This document shows positions 44,812-54,785 of a DNA stretch of 64,000 nt, one piece after another. Position 1 is the stretch's first letter. Every line of letters starts with the position of its first letter. The notes under the pieces are model-generated. The model searched no databases, was not told the origin of the DNA, and saw nothing but the letters and a program-made list of their open reading frames with translations. Source of the stretch: Candidatus Avispirillum sp. (GTDB lineage: Bacteria; Bacillota; Clostridia; Oscillospirales; CAG-272); contig JAZUGU010000138.1 in NCBI GenBank assembly GCA_045641325.1, forward strand, positions 440-64,439. The letters run 5' to 3'. The translations under genes were made by a program, and so were the position numbers.

Positions 44812-45117
44812 ACCACAATTTAATATGCACGATTTTTGCATCTGTGCTAACAGCGATTCCGAGGGCAAAGGTATCGGAATCGTTCCTCAAACATCCCGGC
44901 ATGAACGTTTAAAAACGTTGACGCAACAGCGTTGCGGGATGTTCACATATGTCAGTCCCGAACAGGGACCGTTGGTATTTGCCATGAGAAACCGTATGCT
45001 GCAAACGTCAGTCGTTTGTAACACACTCTTTGCGGGGGCTGCGGTAAGGCTTATGTGAGTTCGCGCAGAGCTGTAATACGGCTTACGCGGTCTTGGCCGC
45101 AAAGGGGGATGCAAAAA
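44812..45117 (+). promoter_or_regulatory. about 300-nt structured 5' leader of potABCD (candidate riboswitch/attenuator)
   Basis: Several hairpins are visible, including a helix that sequesters the SD. Coordinates are given in the finding on 44778..45117. Confidence 0.4.
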
Positions 45118-46245
45118 ATGGAAAACAAAAAGTTAATCCAGCTTGAGAACATTTCAATGTCTTTCGACGGAGAAAAGGTGCTTGACAATGTAAACCTGTC
45201 TATCGCAGACGGGGAGTTTGTCACGCTCCTCGGACCCTCCGGATGCGGAAAGACCACAACACTTCGCATAATTGCGGGATTTCTCGATCCCGACGAGGGC
45301 GAAGTTGTTTTTGATTCTCAGCGGATCAATGGTGTTCCGCCTCACAAACGTAAGGTGAACACCATTTTTCAACGTTATGCACTTTTTCCGCATTATAACG
45401 TGTTCGACAACATAGCATACGGACTTAAGGTGCGTCATGTTCCCAAGAATGAGATCAAAGAGCGTGTTTCCGAAATGCTCAAAATGGTCAATCTTGAGGG
45501 ATTTGAGAACAGAAGAGTAGCGAAGCTGTCCGGCGGTCAGCAGCAGAGAGTTGCGATCGCGCGTGCTGTTATCAACCACCCGCAGGTCCTTTTGCTTGAC
45601 GAGCCTCTGGCAGCTCTTGATCTCAAGCTTCGTAAGGATATGCAGAAGGAACTGAAGAACATTCAGAAACAGCTTGGCATTACCTTTATTTTCGTTACAC
45701 ATGACCAGGAAGAGGCTCTTTCCATGTCCGATACCGTTGTGGTAATGGATAACGGTAAGATACAGCAGGTAGGATCTCCTACCGATATATATAATGAGCC
45801 TGTAAACGCTTTTGTCGCTGACTTTATCGGTGAATCAAATATTCTTGACGGTGTGATGGCAGAGGACTATCTCGTACGGTTTGCAGGGCATACTTTCAAG
45901 TGCCTTGACGCCGGCTTTGATAAGAACGAGGCTGTTGACGTCGTTATCCGTCCCGAGGACGTTGATATAGTATCGCCGGAGGGCGCAATGCTTACGGGTA
46001 CCGTGACGTCGGTTACTTTCCTCGGCGTTCACTATGAGATAATCGTTGACATCTGCGGATTCAAATGGATGATACAGACCACCGATTACTGCAGCGAAGG
46101 TGAGACCGTAGGCCTTGACATTGAACCGGACGCGATCCATATTATGAAAAAATCCGAGTATTCCGGCAGATACGGTGATTACAGTTCTTTCTCCGAGGAA
46201 ATGGATACTATGAGTGAAATCCCGGAGGATGAAGAGGATGAGTAG
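45118..46245 (+). CDS. potA: spermidine/putrescine ABC transporter ATP-binding protein
   Basis: Walker [10 protein letters not shown], signature LSGGQQQR, Walker B LLLDEP. ATG 45118 preferred (GGGGGA upstream). Confidence 0.9.
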   Translation: MENKKLIQLENISMSFDGEKVLDNVNLSIADGEFVTLLGPSGCGKTTTLRIIAGFLDPDEGEVVFDSQRINGVPPHKRKVNTIFQRYALFPHYNVFDNIAYGLKVRHVPKNEIKERVSEMLKMVNLEGFENRRVAKLSGGQQQRVAIARAVINHPQVLLLDEPLAALDLKLRKDMQKELKNIQKQLGITFIFVTHDQEEALSMSDTVVVMDNGKIQQVGSPTDIYNEPVNAFVADFIGESNILDGVMAEDYLVRFAGHTFKCLDAGFDKNEAVDVVIRPEDVDIVSPEGAMLTGTVTSVTFLGVHYEIIVDICGFKWMIQTTDYCSEGETVGLDIEPDAIHIMKKSEYSGRYGDYSSFSEEMDTMSEIPEDEEDE

Positions 46246-47104
46246 TGTCAAAACAAAGAAAGGGTATGAGCGTACGCTGAAGAAACGCAGCTACGGAGCT
46301 ACCTTTCTGAATATTCCTTATATTATCTGGGCCGCGATCTTTATCGTAGTTCCCATGTTTATCGTGGCGGTGTATGCTTTCACGGACAATTCCGGAGCTT
46401 TTACTCTCGATAACTTCCGTCAGCTTTCCGTTTACCGTGACAATATTATCGATTCTTTCATTTATGCTCTTATCGCAACGGTCGTGACGCTGATCCTCGC
46501 TTATCCGTTCTCATACTTTGTAGCTAGATGCTCTGAAACTACGCAAAAGGTCATAATGATGCTTGTTATGCTTCCCATGTGGATGAATCTTCTCATTATG
46601 ACTTATTCGATAATGAACATAATTGAAACGAACGGTCTTATCAATAACCTGCTTGCCGCGTTGGGGCTGAACAAGCTGGAACTGATAAATACTCCCGGTG
46701 CCGTAATTTTCGGAATGGTTTATAACTATTTTCCTTATATGGTACTGCCTCTTGTTTCGGTAATGTCGAAGATCGATGACTCACTTCTGGAGGCTTCTTC
46801 CGATCTTGGTTCAAACGCCGCATCACGTTTTCTGCGCGTCGTTCTGCCGCTGAGCGTGCCCGGTATCATATCAGGGTTTACAATGGTGTTCGTGCCGTCT
46901 GTCAGTACGTTCTACATTTCGCAGAAGCTGGGCGGAACGAACGTCAATATGATAGGCGACAGTATCGAGGCACTTGTTAAGAGTGTCAATACCATCCATC
47001 TGGGTGCTATGCTGTCATTGGTACTCATGGTAGTTATCCTTATCTGTATCATGCTTATGAACAAGTTTTCCGATGATACTGACGGAGGAGGTATAATACT
47101 GTGA
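46238..47104 (+). CDS. potB: spermidine/putrescine ABC transporter permease
   Basis: Six TM segments with an EAA-like loop ([10 protein letters not shown]). Start ATG 46238 overlaps the potA end. Alternative starts at 46214 and 46229. Confidence 0.85.
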   Translation: MSSVKTKKGYERTLKKRSYGATFLNIPYIIWAAIFIVVPMFIVAVYAFTDNSGAFTLDNFRQLSVYRDNIIDSFIYALIATVVTLILAYPFSYFVARCSETTQKVIMMLVMLPMWMNLLIMTYSIMNIIETNGLINNLLAALGLNKLELINTPGAVIFGMVYNYFPYMVLPLVSVMSKIDDSLLEASSDLGSNAASRFLRVVLPLSVPGIISGFTMVFVPSVSTFYISQKLGGTNVNMIGDSIEALVKSVNTIHLGAMLSLVLMVVILICIMLMNKFSDDTDGGGIIL

Positions 47105-47916
47105 GAAAAACAGGAAAAATCTATACGGCGATAATTTTCGTCATAATGTACCTGCCTCTCCTTGTAATGGTATTCTTTTCCTTCAACGAAGGGAACAGTA
47201 CTGCAAATTTCACGGGATTTTCTCTTAAATGGTATCAGGAACTGATCGAAGACGAAGCGGCAATGGGAGCCTTGAGAAACACTCTTCTTCTGGCGCTTCT
47301 CAATTCCGTTATAGCTACCGTGCTCGGTACTATGGCCGCCGTCGGCATATTCGGCATGAAAAACAAGTGGTTCAAAACGGGCATTCTGTCTGTTACGAAC
47401 ATACCGATGATGAATCCCGAAATCGTAACGGGTGTTTCTCTGATGCTTCTGTTTGCTTTTGTGGGCAGGCTCACTGCATCACCCGAATCTCTCGGATTCG
47501 GCACTATGCTTATAGCACACGTTACGTTCAGCCTTCCGTATGTTGTTTTGAACGTACTTCCCAAACTTCAGCAGACCGACCCGCACCTTGCCGAAGCGGC
47601 GCAGGATCTGGGAAGCACACCGGTCCATGCATTCTTCAAGGTCGTTCTGCCTTCCATTTCCTCCGGAATTCTGTCCGGTGCACTGATGGCGTTCACGCTT
47701 TCAATTGACGATTTCGTTATCAGTCATTACGTAAGCGGCGGCTTTACAACGCTTCCTTTGCTCATATATAACATGACGAAAAAGCGCGTAACTCCCGAAA
47801 TGTACGCTGTCTGTACGTGTATATTCGTATCCGTGCTGATACTTTTGCTCATCATGAATATATCCCAGATCAAACAAACCAAAAACAAAAATATAAAAAA
47901 TGAAAGGGCCAACTAA
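47101..47916 (+). CDS. potC: spermidine/putrescine ABC transporter permease
   Basis: EAA loop AEAAQDLGST. GTG start overlapping the potB stop. Confidence 0.85.
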   Translation: MRKTGKIYTAIIFVIMYLPLLVMVFFSFNEGNSTANFTGFSLKWYQELIEDEAAMGALRNTLLLALLNSVIATVLGTMAAVGIFGMKNKWFKTGILSVTNIPMMNPEIVTGVSLMLLFAFVGRLTASPESLGFGTMLIAHVTFSLPYVVLNVLPKLQQTDPHLAEAAQDLGSTPVHAFFKVVLPSISSGILSGALMAFTLSIDDFVISHYVSGGFTTLPLLIYNMTKKRVTPEMYAVCTCIFVSVLILLLIMNISQIKQTKNKNIKNERAN

Positions 47917-49031
47917 TGAAAAAAACAGTATCTGTAATTCTTGCGGCAGTTATGGTACTCTGTGCATTCTGCCTTGTCTCCTGCGGCGATTCCGCCCCTG
48001 AAATTGACCCCGCAAAGCTTGAGGGAACGTACACCCGTGATCTTGAGGGCACTACTCTTAAGGTATATAACTGGGGCGAGTATATTTCCGACGGTAAAGA
48101 GGGAACTCTTGACGTAAACAAGGCATTTGAGGAAGTGACCGGTATCGACGTGGTTTATTCCAATTACGATGATAACGAATCCATGTACTCCGAACTTGCG
48201 GCAGGTGCAACCTATTACGACATCATTATCCCCTCCGATTATATGGTCGAGAGACTTATCCGTGAGGGAATGCTTCATGAGATAGACGTTAATACCCTTT
48301 CTAACTATAAATACATTGACGATCAGTATAAAGGACTGTATTTTGACCCGGACGAAAAATTCTCCGTGCCTTACAACCTTGGTATGGTAGGACTTATCTA
48401 CAATACTACCATGGTTGAAGAAGCGCCTACAAGCTGGAGCGCAATGTGGGATTCAAAATATTCCGGACAGATTCTTATGTTCAACAACCCCCGCGATGCT
48501 TTTGCGATCGCACAGTTCCGTCTCGGCCAGAGCCTCAACACTCTTGATAAAGCAGAATGGGATGCAGCTGCCGAACTTCTGAAAGAGCAGAAGCCCGTGC
48601 TCCAGTCTTACGTAATGGACGAGGTGTTCAACAAGATGGAGGGCGGCAATGCCGCAATGGCTCCTTACTATGCCGGTGATTTCCTCTCCATGTATGAGAA
48701 TAATCCCGATCTGGCGTTCGTATATCCCGAAGAGGGTGTTAACATTTTCTGCGATTCTGTCTGCATTCCCGCTAACTGTCAGAATTATGAAGCTGCTATG
48801 CTTTATATGAATTTCCTTATGGAGCCTGCTGTTGCGCTTGAAAATGCCGAAAAATTAGGATATCTTTGTCCTAATACATCCGTTATAAACAACGAAGAGT
48901 ATAGTTACAAAGGAAATGAGATCCTTTATCCCTCCGAAGAAAATATGCCCAAGACACAGTGGTTCCACGATATTGATCCCGAAGTTGTCAAGTATTATGA
49001 AGAGCTTTGGGTCGGCGTAAAGAACAGCTGA
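47916..49031 (+). CDS. potD: spermidine/putrescine-binding lipoprotein
   Basis: Lipobox LVSCGD. PotD-like length and pattern. Confidence 0.85.
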   Translation: MKKTVSVILAAVMVLCAFCLVSCGDSAPEIDPAKLEGTYTRDLEGTTLKVYNWGEYISDGKEGTLDVNKAFEEVTGIDVVYSNYDDNESMYSELAAGATYYDIIIPSDYMVERLIREGMLHEIDVNTLSNYKYIDDQYKGLYFDPDEKFSVPYNLGMVGLIYNTTMVEEAPTSWSAMWDSKYSGQILMFNNPRDAFAIAQFRLGQSLNTLDKAEWDAAAELLKEQKPVLQSYVMDEVFNKMEGGNAAMAPYYAGDFLSMYENNPDLAFVYPEEGVNIFCDSVCIPANCQNYEAAMLYMNFLMEPAVALENAEKLGYLCPNTSVINNEEYSYKGNEILYPSEENMPKTQWFHDIDPEVVKYYEELWVGVKNS

Positions 49032-49068
49032 ATTTATTGATGAAAAAGACCGAAGCATTAGGAGCCCT

Positions 49069-49285
49069 CACATAGGGAGAGAGGCGCCGCTGATCGTTCG
49101 TTCTGAATACCGTCGCCGTACAAAGGTACGGCAAGTGTTCAGAACGGACAAAGGAAAGATATAACAAAATGACCGAAACTTTCGTTTCGGTCATTTTTTC
49201 ATTAGATATTCGGAAATCTTCCCACCGTTCTTGGTTTATTAGTCTTTTTTCTCTTTCCGGTCGGCGGTGAAAAAATCCCTATGTG
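49069..49285 (+). repeat. 217-nt structured repeat element, copy 2
   Basis: Collinear with 13625..13841. Terminal inverted repeats CACATAGGGA / TCCCTATGTG. Nested between AAAAAGACCGAAGC (49043..49056) and GCTTCGGTC+T7 (49299..49314). Confidence 0.85.
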
Positions 49286-49295
49286 TGCGCTCCGT

Positions 49296-50582
49296 TCAGC
49301 TTCGGTCTTTTTTTACTTTTATGACTGCATCGAAAAACTCTTTGTACATATAAAGACTGCCCAATCCCAACGTATCTCCGTCGGAGAGCGCGGCACGAAC
49401 TGCAGCTTCAACCGTCTCAAACGGTTCTGCTTCAATTCCGCAATCAAGGTAGACCTGCGTAAGCTTTTCTGCAGGAAGAGCCCTGGGATTATCGGGTGTA
49501 ACGCAGTACACTTTTTTCGCTACCGTACTTATCATTTCCGCCATTTGTGTGTAGGCTTTATCTGCCATAACACCGGTGACCACGTTGATTTTCACGGGAA
49601 ATACCTCTTTTACGGTTCGTACAGCCGCCGAAACGCCCTGAGGATTGTGTCCGCCGTCGAATATGACCGTGGGATCGCTCGAAAGCCTTTCAAACCTGCC
49701 TCTCCAGCTTGCTCGCTTAAGTCCCTCGTGTATGTATCTCTCGTTGATACAGAGCTTCTCACATGCAGTAATAACAAGTGCTGCGTTCTCCGGCTGATAA
49801 GACCCGGCAAGTGCGATCTTAAACGGATCTTTGTAACCGGAAAAACGGAATGATGCGCCGGTAAGTGAAAGCTTTATGTCGGAAAGTCTGGAATAATCCG
49901 TTTTTTCAAAGGGGGCATTTTTGCTTTCAGCCGCGTTGAATACGACCTTTTCGGATGAATTCAACCCGCCGTCGGCGGGATAAGTCGCTTTGCATTTTCC
50001 GATAAGAACGGGACACCCTTCTTTTATGATCCCGGCTTTTTCTGCCGCGATTTTTTCGCAGGTGTCACCGAGAATTGCAGTATGGTCGAGGTCAATTCCG
50101 GTAATTATCGAAAGCAGAGAGCTTTTGATAACGTTCGTTGAATCGAGCCTGCCGCCCATGCCGGCTTCAAGAACAACAACGTCACATTTTAGGTCTTTGA
50201 AATATTCGAACCCAACGGCGGTTATCAGTTCAAATTCCGTAGGCGGATCAGCCATTTTGTCGGCATATGTCTTAACTTTTTCGACCGTTTTTGCCAGATC
50301 GCCGTCTGATATGGGCTCTTTGCCGATTGCTATACGCTCATTAAAGCGATAAACATAAGGCGATGTGAATACTCCGACTTTCATGCCGGCTTCAGTCAGA
50401 ACGGAAGAGAGCATGGAAGAAACCGAGCCCTTGCCGTTAGTCCCTGCAACGTGGATGAATCGGAGTGAGTCCTGCGGATCGCCGAGCATACCGCATAGCT
50501 CTGTTATTCTCGAAAGTCCGGGACGACTGCCCGTCCATGAAACGGTATGTATGTAATTAATTGCTTCTTCGTATGTCATCAT
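49296..50582 (-). CDS. folC: bifunctional folylpolyglutamate synthase / dihydrofolate synthase
   Basis: HVAGTNGKGS P-loop and Mur-ligase fold pattern. Start uncertain (TTG 50603, ATG 50582 or 50579), with weak SD signals. Confidence 0.9.
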   Translation of the reverse strand: MMTYEEAINYIHTVSWTGSRPGLSRITELCGMLGDPQDSLRFIHVAGTNGKGSVSSMLSSVLTEAGMKVGVFTSPYVYRFNERIAIGKEPISDGDLAKTVEKVKTYADKMADPPTEFELITAVGFEYFKDLKCDVVVLEAGMGGRLDSTNVIKSSLLSIITGIDLDHTAILGDTCEKIAAEKAGIIKEGCPVLIGKCKATYPADGGLNSSEKVVFNAAESKNAPFEKTDYSRLSDIKLSLTGASFRFSGYKDPFKIALAGSYQPENAALVITACEKLCINERYIHEGLKRASWRGRFERLSSDPTVIFDGGHNPQGVSAAVRTVKEVFPVKINVVTGVMADKAYTQMAEMISTVAKKVYCVTPDNPRALPAEKLTQVYLDCGIEAEPFETVEAAVRAALSDGDTLGLGSLYMYKEFFDAVIKVKKDRS

Positions 50583-51111
50583 TTTCGTTAAGTACCTTTG
50601 CAATGACTTTATTTTTGAGCAGAACCGTTATTATTCCGAATTCAATTGCCGCAATCACGATATAAAGGGGCAGTCTCGGGTACAGGAGCGGTATTGCCCA
50701 CGAATACATAATGTGAAGACCTGCAGATTTAACAATTATGTTCCCGACAATGTGAGCAGCGAACACGCTGATAAACAGAACTTTGCCGTTCTTTTTGCCG
50801 ATCAGGTGCGGTATGCTTCCCGCAATAAGCCCGACAAGTCCCGCACCGATAGTGATTATTGGATTGATGCCGCCGAGCCCGTACTGAGATATTGCCGTAC
50901 TGATAATGTCGGACGCCAAACCGCATAAAAGCCCCGGAATCGGACCGAAGAAATATCCCGCCATGATCAGCGGCAGGTTTTCAAAGGTTATCCGGATGTA
51001 CGGCGTGACCGTGAGAAACATCTTGCACAGCCAAGCAATGGCTACGGAGAGTGCCGTCAACATAGCACAGAAGCACATGATCTTCACATTTTTGAATGCT
51101 TTTGATTGCAT
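50557..51111 (-). CDS. folT: folate-family ECF transporter S component
   Basis: 184 aa with 5-6 TM segments. ATG 51111 preferred (GGAGG upstream). Preceded by a THF riboswitch and followed by folC. Confidence 0.8.
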   Translation of the reverse strand: MQSKAFKNVKIMCFCAMLTALSVAIAWLCKMFLTVTPYIRITFENLPLIMAGYFFGPIPGLLCGLASDIISTAISQYGLGGINPIITIGAGLVGLIAGSIPHLIGKKNGKVLFISVFAAHIVGNIIVKSAGLHIMYSWAIPLLYPRLPLYIVIAAIEFGIITVLLKNKVIAKVLNENDDIRRSN

Positions 51112-51159
51112 AAAAAATACCTCCTTCCCGTAGTCAGCGGAATAAGAGGTAATCTTTAT

Positions 51160-51280
51160 GTCCGTTGAAGCGGGATGCAGTATCGGCACCGTATGCCCGC
51201 TTTTCGAAAGAGGACAAATTCGTCCGTGTGACAACTCCCCGTCCACACGGCACTTGCGCACCGAAACTTACTCTTCAGTT
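51160..51280 (-). promoter_or_regulatory. THF (tetrahydrofolate) riboswitch
   Basis: The minus strand reads GAGUAAGUUUCGGUGCGCAAGUGCCGUGUGGACGGGGAGUUGUCACACGGACGAA...GCGGGCAUACGGUGCCGAUACUGCAUCCCGCUUC. This parallels the folT-motif consensus (GAGUAG...GCGUUAAGUG...GGGAUGUCGUCACAC.ACGAAGC...GCAUCCGCUC) as I remember it, and it lies upstream of folT. Confidence 0.8.
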
Positions 51281-51286
51281 TGTGAT

Positions 51287-51871
51287 TTATTGTTTTTCTT
51301 TTTTCTTGATTATACGGAAATTGTTGAAACCTGCAATGTAGCCTAATGTTGCGGATACTATCGCGGGAATGACGATGACGAGATATAAGGACATATAAAG
51401 AGCTCCGGCGGGATTCTCGAGAACGTCATACGCATAATAAGCAGTATTGTCAACAACGTGAAGCGTCTTCGGGAAAATCGTCCATAAAAGGCCGGAATAC
51501 ATGCTCTCCCACATGATGGCAATATTTCGCGCCAAAACGACCACGGAATTCTCCATACTGTCGAAAACTGTGAAAAGAGTGCAGAGAAGACCGAGAATTA
51601 TATTGGGGATTCCCGCGAGCAGAGCTGATTTTGTTCCGATGAACAGATCTTTCGGCGCTCTTCCTCCGTCAACCTTAAGACGGTCGCGCGCACCGATATC
51701 CCACATGGACGTATACACGATGACCATATAGAAACCTATGGTGAACAGACTGGTGAAAACGGACATGGGAATGCTGTTCCTGCTTGCCATAAAGAGCATT
51801 ACTCCCATAACAGCTGCACCGAACTGGTTCAGTATCAGTTTTTTTATGGGGGTACCGTAATTATACCGCAT
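51287..51871 (-). CDS. hypothetical polytopic membrane protein
   Basis: ATG 51871 preferred (AAAGGTGGTGA upstream). About 5 TM segments. No family recognised. Confidence 0.65.
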   Translation of the reverse strand: MRYNYGTPIKKLILNQFGAAVMGVMLFMASRNSIPMSVFTSLFTIGFYMVIVYTSMWDIGARDRLKVDGGRAPKDLFIGTKSALLAGIPNIILGLLCTLFTVFDSMENSVVVLARNIAIMWESMYSGLLWTIFPKTLHVVDNTAYYAYDVLENPAGALYMSLYLVIVIPAIVSATLGYIAGFNNFRIIKKKEKQ

Positions 51872-52002
51872 GATATTCACCACCTTTCTTTTCTATTGTA
51901 TATCACAAAACCGTATTTGCAATAGATTGGAAAAAAAGTTTACAAAATATCTATGATTTCGGATTCAATTATGTTATCATAGACGGGAAAGGATGTGATA
52001 AG

Positions 52003-53025
52003 GTGTCATACGATGAACGGGACGGATATCCGCAGCCTCTGCTGGACTTTGCCGCTTATAAAAATATCAGCGGCCTTTCTCCTAAAACGGTGTCTGAATA
52101 TCTGCTCGACCTTCGCACTTTCAGCCGGTATATGGTACTGAAGAGAGCAAATGCCCAGATTGACGATGAATCCATTCAGAAAGCGGACATATCGTCTCTC
52201 GACTGGGACTTTTACGATTCAGTACGTGAGCATGAGGTCTACGAATTTATAGCTTATGCCGCAAACGGACGAAATAACGGGAATGCATCAAAAGCGAGAA
52301 AGCTTTCCGCCATCAGAAGCTTTTACAAGACTGCAACGGTCCGTCTGCATAAGATCAGCAATAATCCTGCAAAAGATATTGAATCGCCGAAAAAGAAAAA
52401 ACAGCTTCCCAAGCACCTTTCTATGGAAGAATGTGTCGATCTTCTGTCTGTTGTAAAAAACGATCCCGCTTCAAGGACAAAGGAGAGAGATTACTGTATA
52501 CTTACCTTGTTCCTTAACTGCGGTATGCGTCTTTCCGAGCTGTGCGGCATTTCTCTCGGGGACATAGACCGTGATCTCAGGTCGCTGCGCGTTGTGGGAA
52601 AGGGCTCAAAAGAGAGAGTCGTTTATCTCAACCAGGCGTGCCGTGATGCTTTGAACGGATATCTGCCTATCCGACGTGCCGATACCAAGGTCAAAGAACG
52701 TGAAAACGCTCTTTTCCTCTCAGGCAGGGGGCAGAGGATCAGCGTCAAGACCGTTCAGTGGATGGTGAAGAAATATCTGAACGGCGCAGGCCTTGAATAT
52801 AAGCATTATTCGACTCATAAACTGCGTCATACCGCCGCAACACTTATGTATCAGTCCGGTGATGTTGATATCCGTGTTCTGAAGGATATTCTTGGTCATG
52901 AACAGCTGAATACAACGCAAATATATACCCATGTCAGTAATGAGGGGATGGAACGTGCCATGGAGCATAATCCTCTTGCAAACATAAAAATCAAAGAAGA
53001 AAAACAAAGTGAGGACAAGTCATGA
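52003..53025 (+). CDS. tyrosine recombinase (XerC/XerD-like site-specific integrase)
   Basis: SAM-like N-domain. Catalytic region MRLSEL...HKLRHTAAT...LGHEQLNTTQIYTH (R...H-x-x-R...H...Y). Confidence 0.85.
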   Translation: MSYDERDGYPQPLLDFAAYKNISGLSPKTVSEYLLDLRTFSRYMVLKRANAQIDDESIQKADISSLDWDFYDSVREHEVYEFIAYAANGRNNGNASKARKLSAIRSFYKTATVRLHKISNNPAKDIESPKKKKQLPKHLSMEECVDLLSVVKNDPASRTKERDYCILTLFLNCGMRLSELCGISLGDIDRDLRSLRVVGKGSKERVVYLNQACRDALNGYLPIRRADTKVKERENALFLSGRGQRISVKTVQWMVKKYLNGAGLEYKHYSTHKLRHTAATLMYQSGDVDIRVLKDILGHEQLNTTQIYTHVSNEGMERAMEHNPLANIKIKEEKQSEDKS

Positions 53026-54785
53026 TAATTGCTCAGAACAGAGAAAGTGAGTACAGTATAATCTATCCCGTGAATCCCACGGAATCATACTATCATGCAG
53101 CACAGGAGCTTAAGAAATATCTTGCGAAGATCACCGGTGCCTACCTGCCCGAATTCCAGTCAAACAGACATCACGAAGAAAAAGAAATCGTGATCGGTTA
53201 TACTGACCGCGGCGGCTATACCGACGAGGAAAAAGCAGAGCTGGGAGACGAGGGCTTTATAATCAGAAATGTCGGTGAAAAGATATATATTGCGGGAAGC
53301 GGAGTCAGAGGAGCACTCTACGGCGTATATACTTTTCTCGAAAAGTTTTGCGGCGTAAGATTTTATCTTAACGATTTTGAAAAAGTACCCGAAAAGGAAA
53401 CACTTGAAATCGCTCCTTTTGATGATGATAAAGAAATCCCGGTGTTCTTTTACCGTAATCCGTACTGGTATCCCGTCACAGATCCCGTTATTTCCGCAAA
53501 ACTCAAGATCAACGGATGCCACGGAAGAAAAAGATTTCCCTCAGAGATCGGCGGCGACGTGAACTATGAGGGCGGATTTGAGCACACTATCGGCTGGCTT
53601 GCGGGTCAGTGCAAATTCGGAGAAAGAGCGTGGAGTCAGCCTTGCCTCACAGATGAAAAAACGTTTGATACGGTTGTTTCAAATCTTCGCTGGCTTCTTT
53701 CAGAGCATCCCGATGCAAAGCTTGTGTCAATCACTCAGAATGACGGCGATTCCGGCGCATGCAAATGCGAGAAATGTCAGGTAATAAATGACAGGGAAGA
53801 GAGCCAGATGGGCACGATGCTCGATTTTGTCAACCGTGTTGCCGAGAAACTGGAACCCGAATACCCTGATGTTATGTTCGATACTTTTGCATACAGGTTC
53901 ACACGTAAGCCCCCGAAATATGTCCGTCCGCGTAAGAACGTTATAGTGCGTCTTTGCTCGATCGAGTGCTGCTTCAATCATCCTGTTTCCGAGTGTGACC
54001 GGACTCCCGGACACGGTCAGCTCAATACTTCTTTTGCAGACGACGTGAAAGCATGGACAAAGATCGCACCCAGACTTACCATCTGGAACTATACTACCAA
54101 TTTTACGAATTTCAATACGCTGTTCTTTAATTTCCGAACCCTTCTCAAGAACGAAAGATTCTTTGCGGATCAGGGTGTATGCGGTATGTTCGAACAGGGC
54201 AACTTTGCATCTCCCAACGGTGAGTTCGCAGAGCTCAGAGGTTATATCCTCTCCAGAATTCTTTGGAATCCTTATATGACTGAAGACGAGTACAGAGCTC
54301 TGATGCATGAATTTGTTATGGATTATTACGGCGAGGGCGGAAAGTACATCGAACAGTATCTTGACCTTGCCGCAAAATGCTCAGAGGATTCGCACTTCGG
54401 TATATATTACGATGATTCATCTGACTACATCTGGGTCCGTGATATGGAAACGAAGCTTGCCGGACAGGAAGAGTTCATAAAACTCGGGAACGAGCTTTTC
54501 GACAAGGCGGAAGCGTGTGCGGAGGACGGATACCGTCTTGCCAATATCCGCAGATCACGGATACAGCTTCTTGATTACATTGATTTCGTTACCCGTGAAA
54601 AAGCCAATGCAGCAGACGGTGAAGAAAAGGAAATGCTCACCCGTGAATTCCTTGCGAATAATGAGAAGAGATTCACATATATGCGCCGTTACGGTGTTAC
54701 AAATAACCGTGAGTTTAACAATATTGCTTCCCTCAGCGATCCCGACTACATGAAATACACCCTCCAATGGGACCCTGTTGAATAA
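53022..54785 (+). CDS. DUF4838 domain protein (glycoside-hydrolase-like)
   Basis: Central ITQNDGDSGACKCEKCQ...FDTFAYRFTRKPP...CSIECCFNHP pattern typical of DUF4838. ATGA overlap with the recombinase gene. Confidence 0.65.
   Translation: MIIAQNRESEYSIIYPVNPTESYYHAAQELKKYLAKITGAYLPEFQSNRHHEEKEIVIGYTDRGGYTDEEKAELGDEGFIIRNVGEKIYIAGSGVRGALYGVYTFLEKFCGVRFYLNDFEKVPEKETLEIAPFDDDKEIPVFFYRNPYWYPVTDPVISAKLKINGCHGRKRFPSEIGGDVNYEGGFEHTIGWLAGQCKFGERAWSQPCLTDEKTFDTVVSNLRWLLSEHPDAKLVSITQNDGDSGACKCEKCQVINDREESQMGTMLDFVNRVAEKLEPEYPDVMFDTFAYRFTRKPPKYVRPRKNVIVRLCSIECCFNHPVSECDRTPGHGQLNTSFADDVKAWTKIAPRLTIWNYTTNFTNFNTLFFNFRTLLKNERFFADQGVCGMFEQGNFASPNGEFAELRGYILSRILWNPYMTEDEYRALMHEFVMDYYGEGGKYIEQYLDLAAKCSEDSHFGIYYDDSSDYIWVRDMETKLAGQEEFIKLGNELFDKAEACAEDGYRLANIRRSRIQLLDYIDFVTREKANAADGEEKEMLTREFLANNEKRFTYMRRYGVTNNREFNNIASLSDPDYMKYTLQWDPVE

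Noticed and set aside
44804-45058. 84-aa plus-strand ORF in the pot leader
   Set aside because: It starts inside the -10 box of the leader promoter, has no SD, and its sequence coincides with the stacked hairpins. It is better explained as non-coding leader.
48988-49194. Small minus-strand ORF MTETKVSVILLYLSFVRSEHLPY... inside the 217-nt repeat (68 aa here, 41 aa in copy 1)
   Set aside because: Its start codon is simply part of the palindromic terminator stem (ATGACC...), and there is no SD. Its length differs between copies because the stop lies in the covarying helix. All point differences between the copies inside it change the amino acid (F/L, K/T, N/D), which fits RNA/DNA-level rather than protein-level constraint.
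52003-53025. Tyrosine recombinase as evidence of an integrated mobile element
   Set aside because: No flanking repeats, no phage or conjugation genes, core-like composition and tight coupling to downstream genes. It is treated as a chromosomal Xer-like gene (see finding), not annotated as a mobile element.
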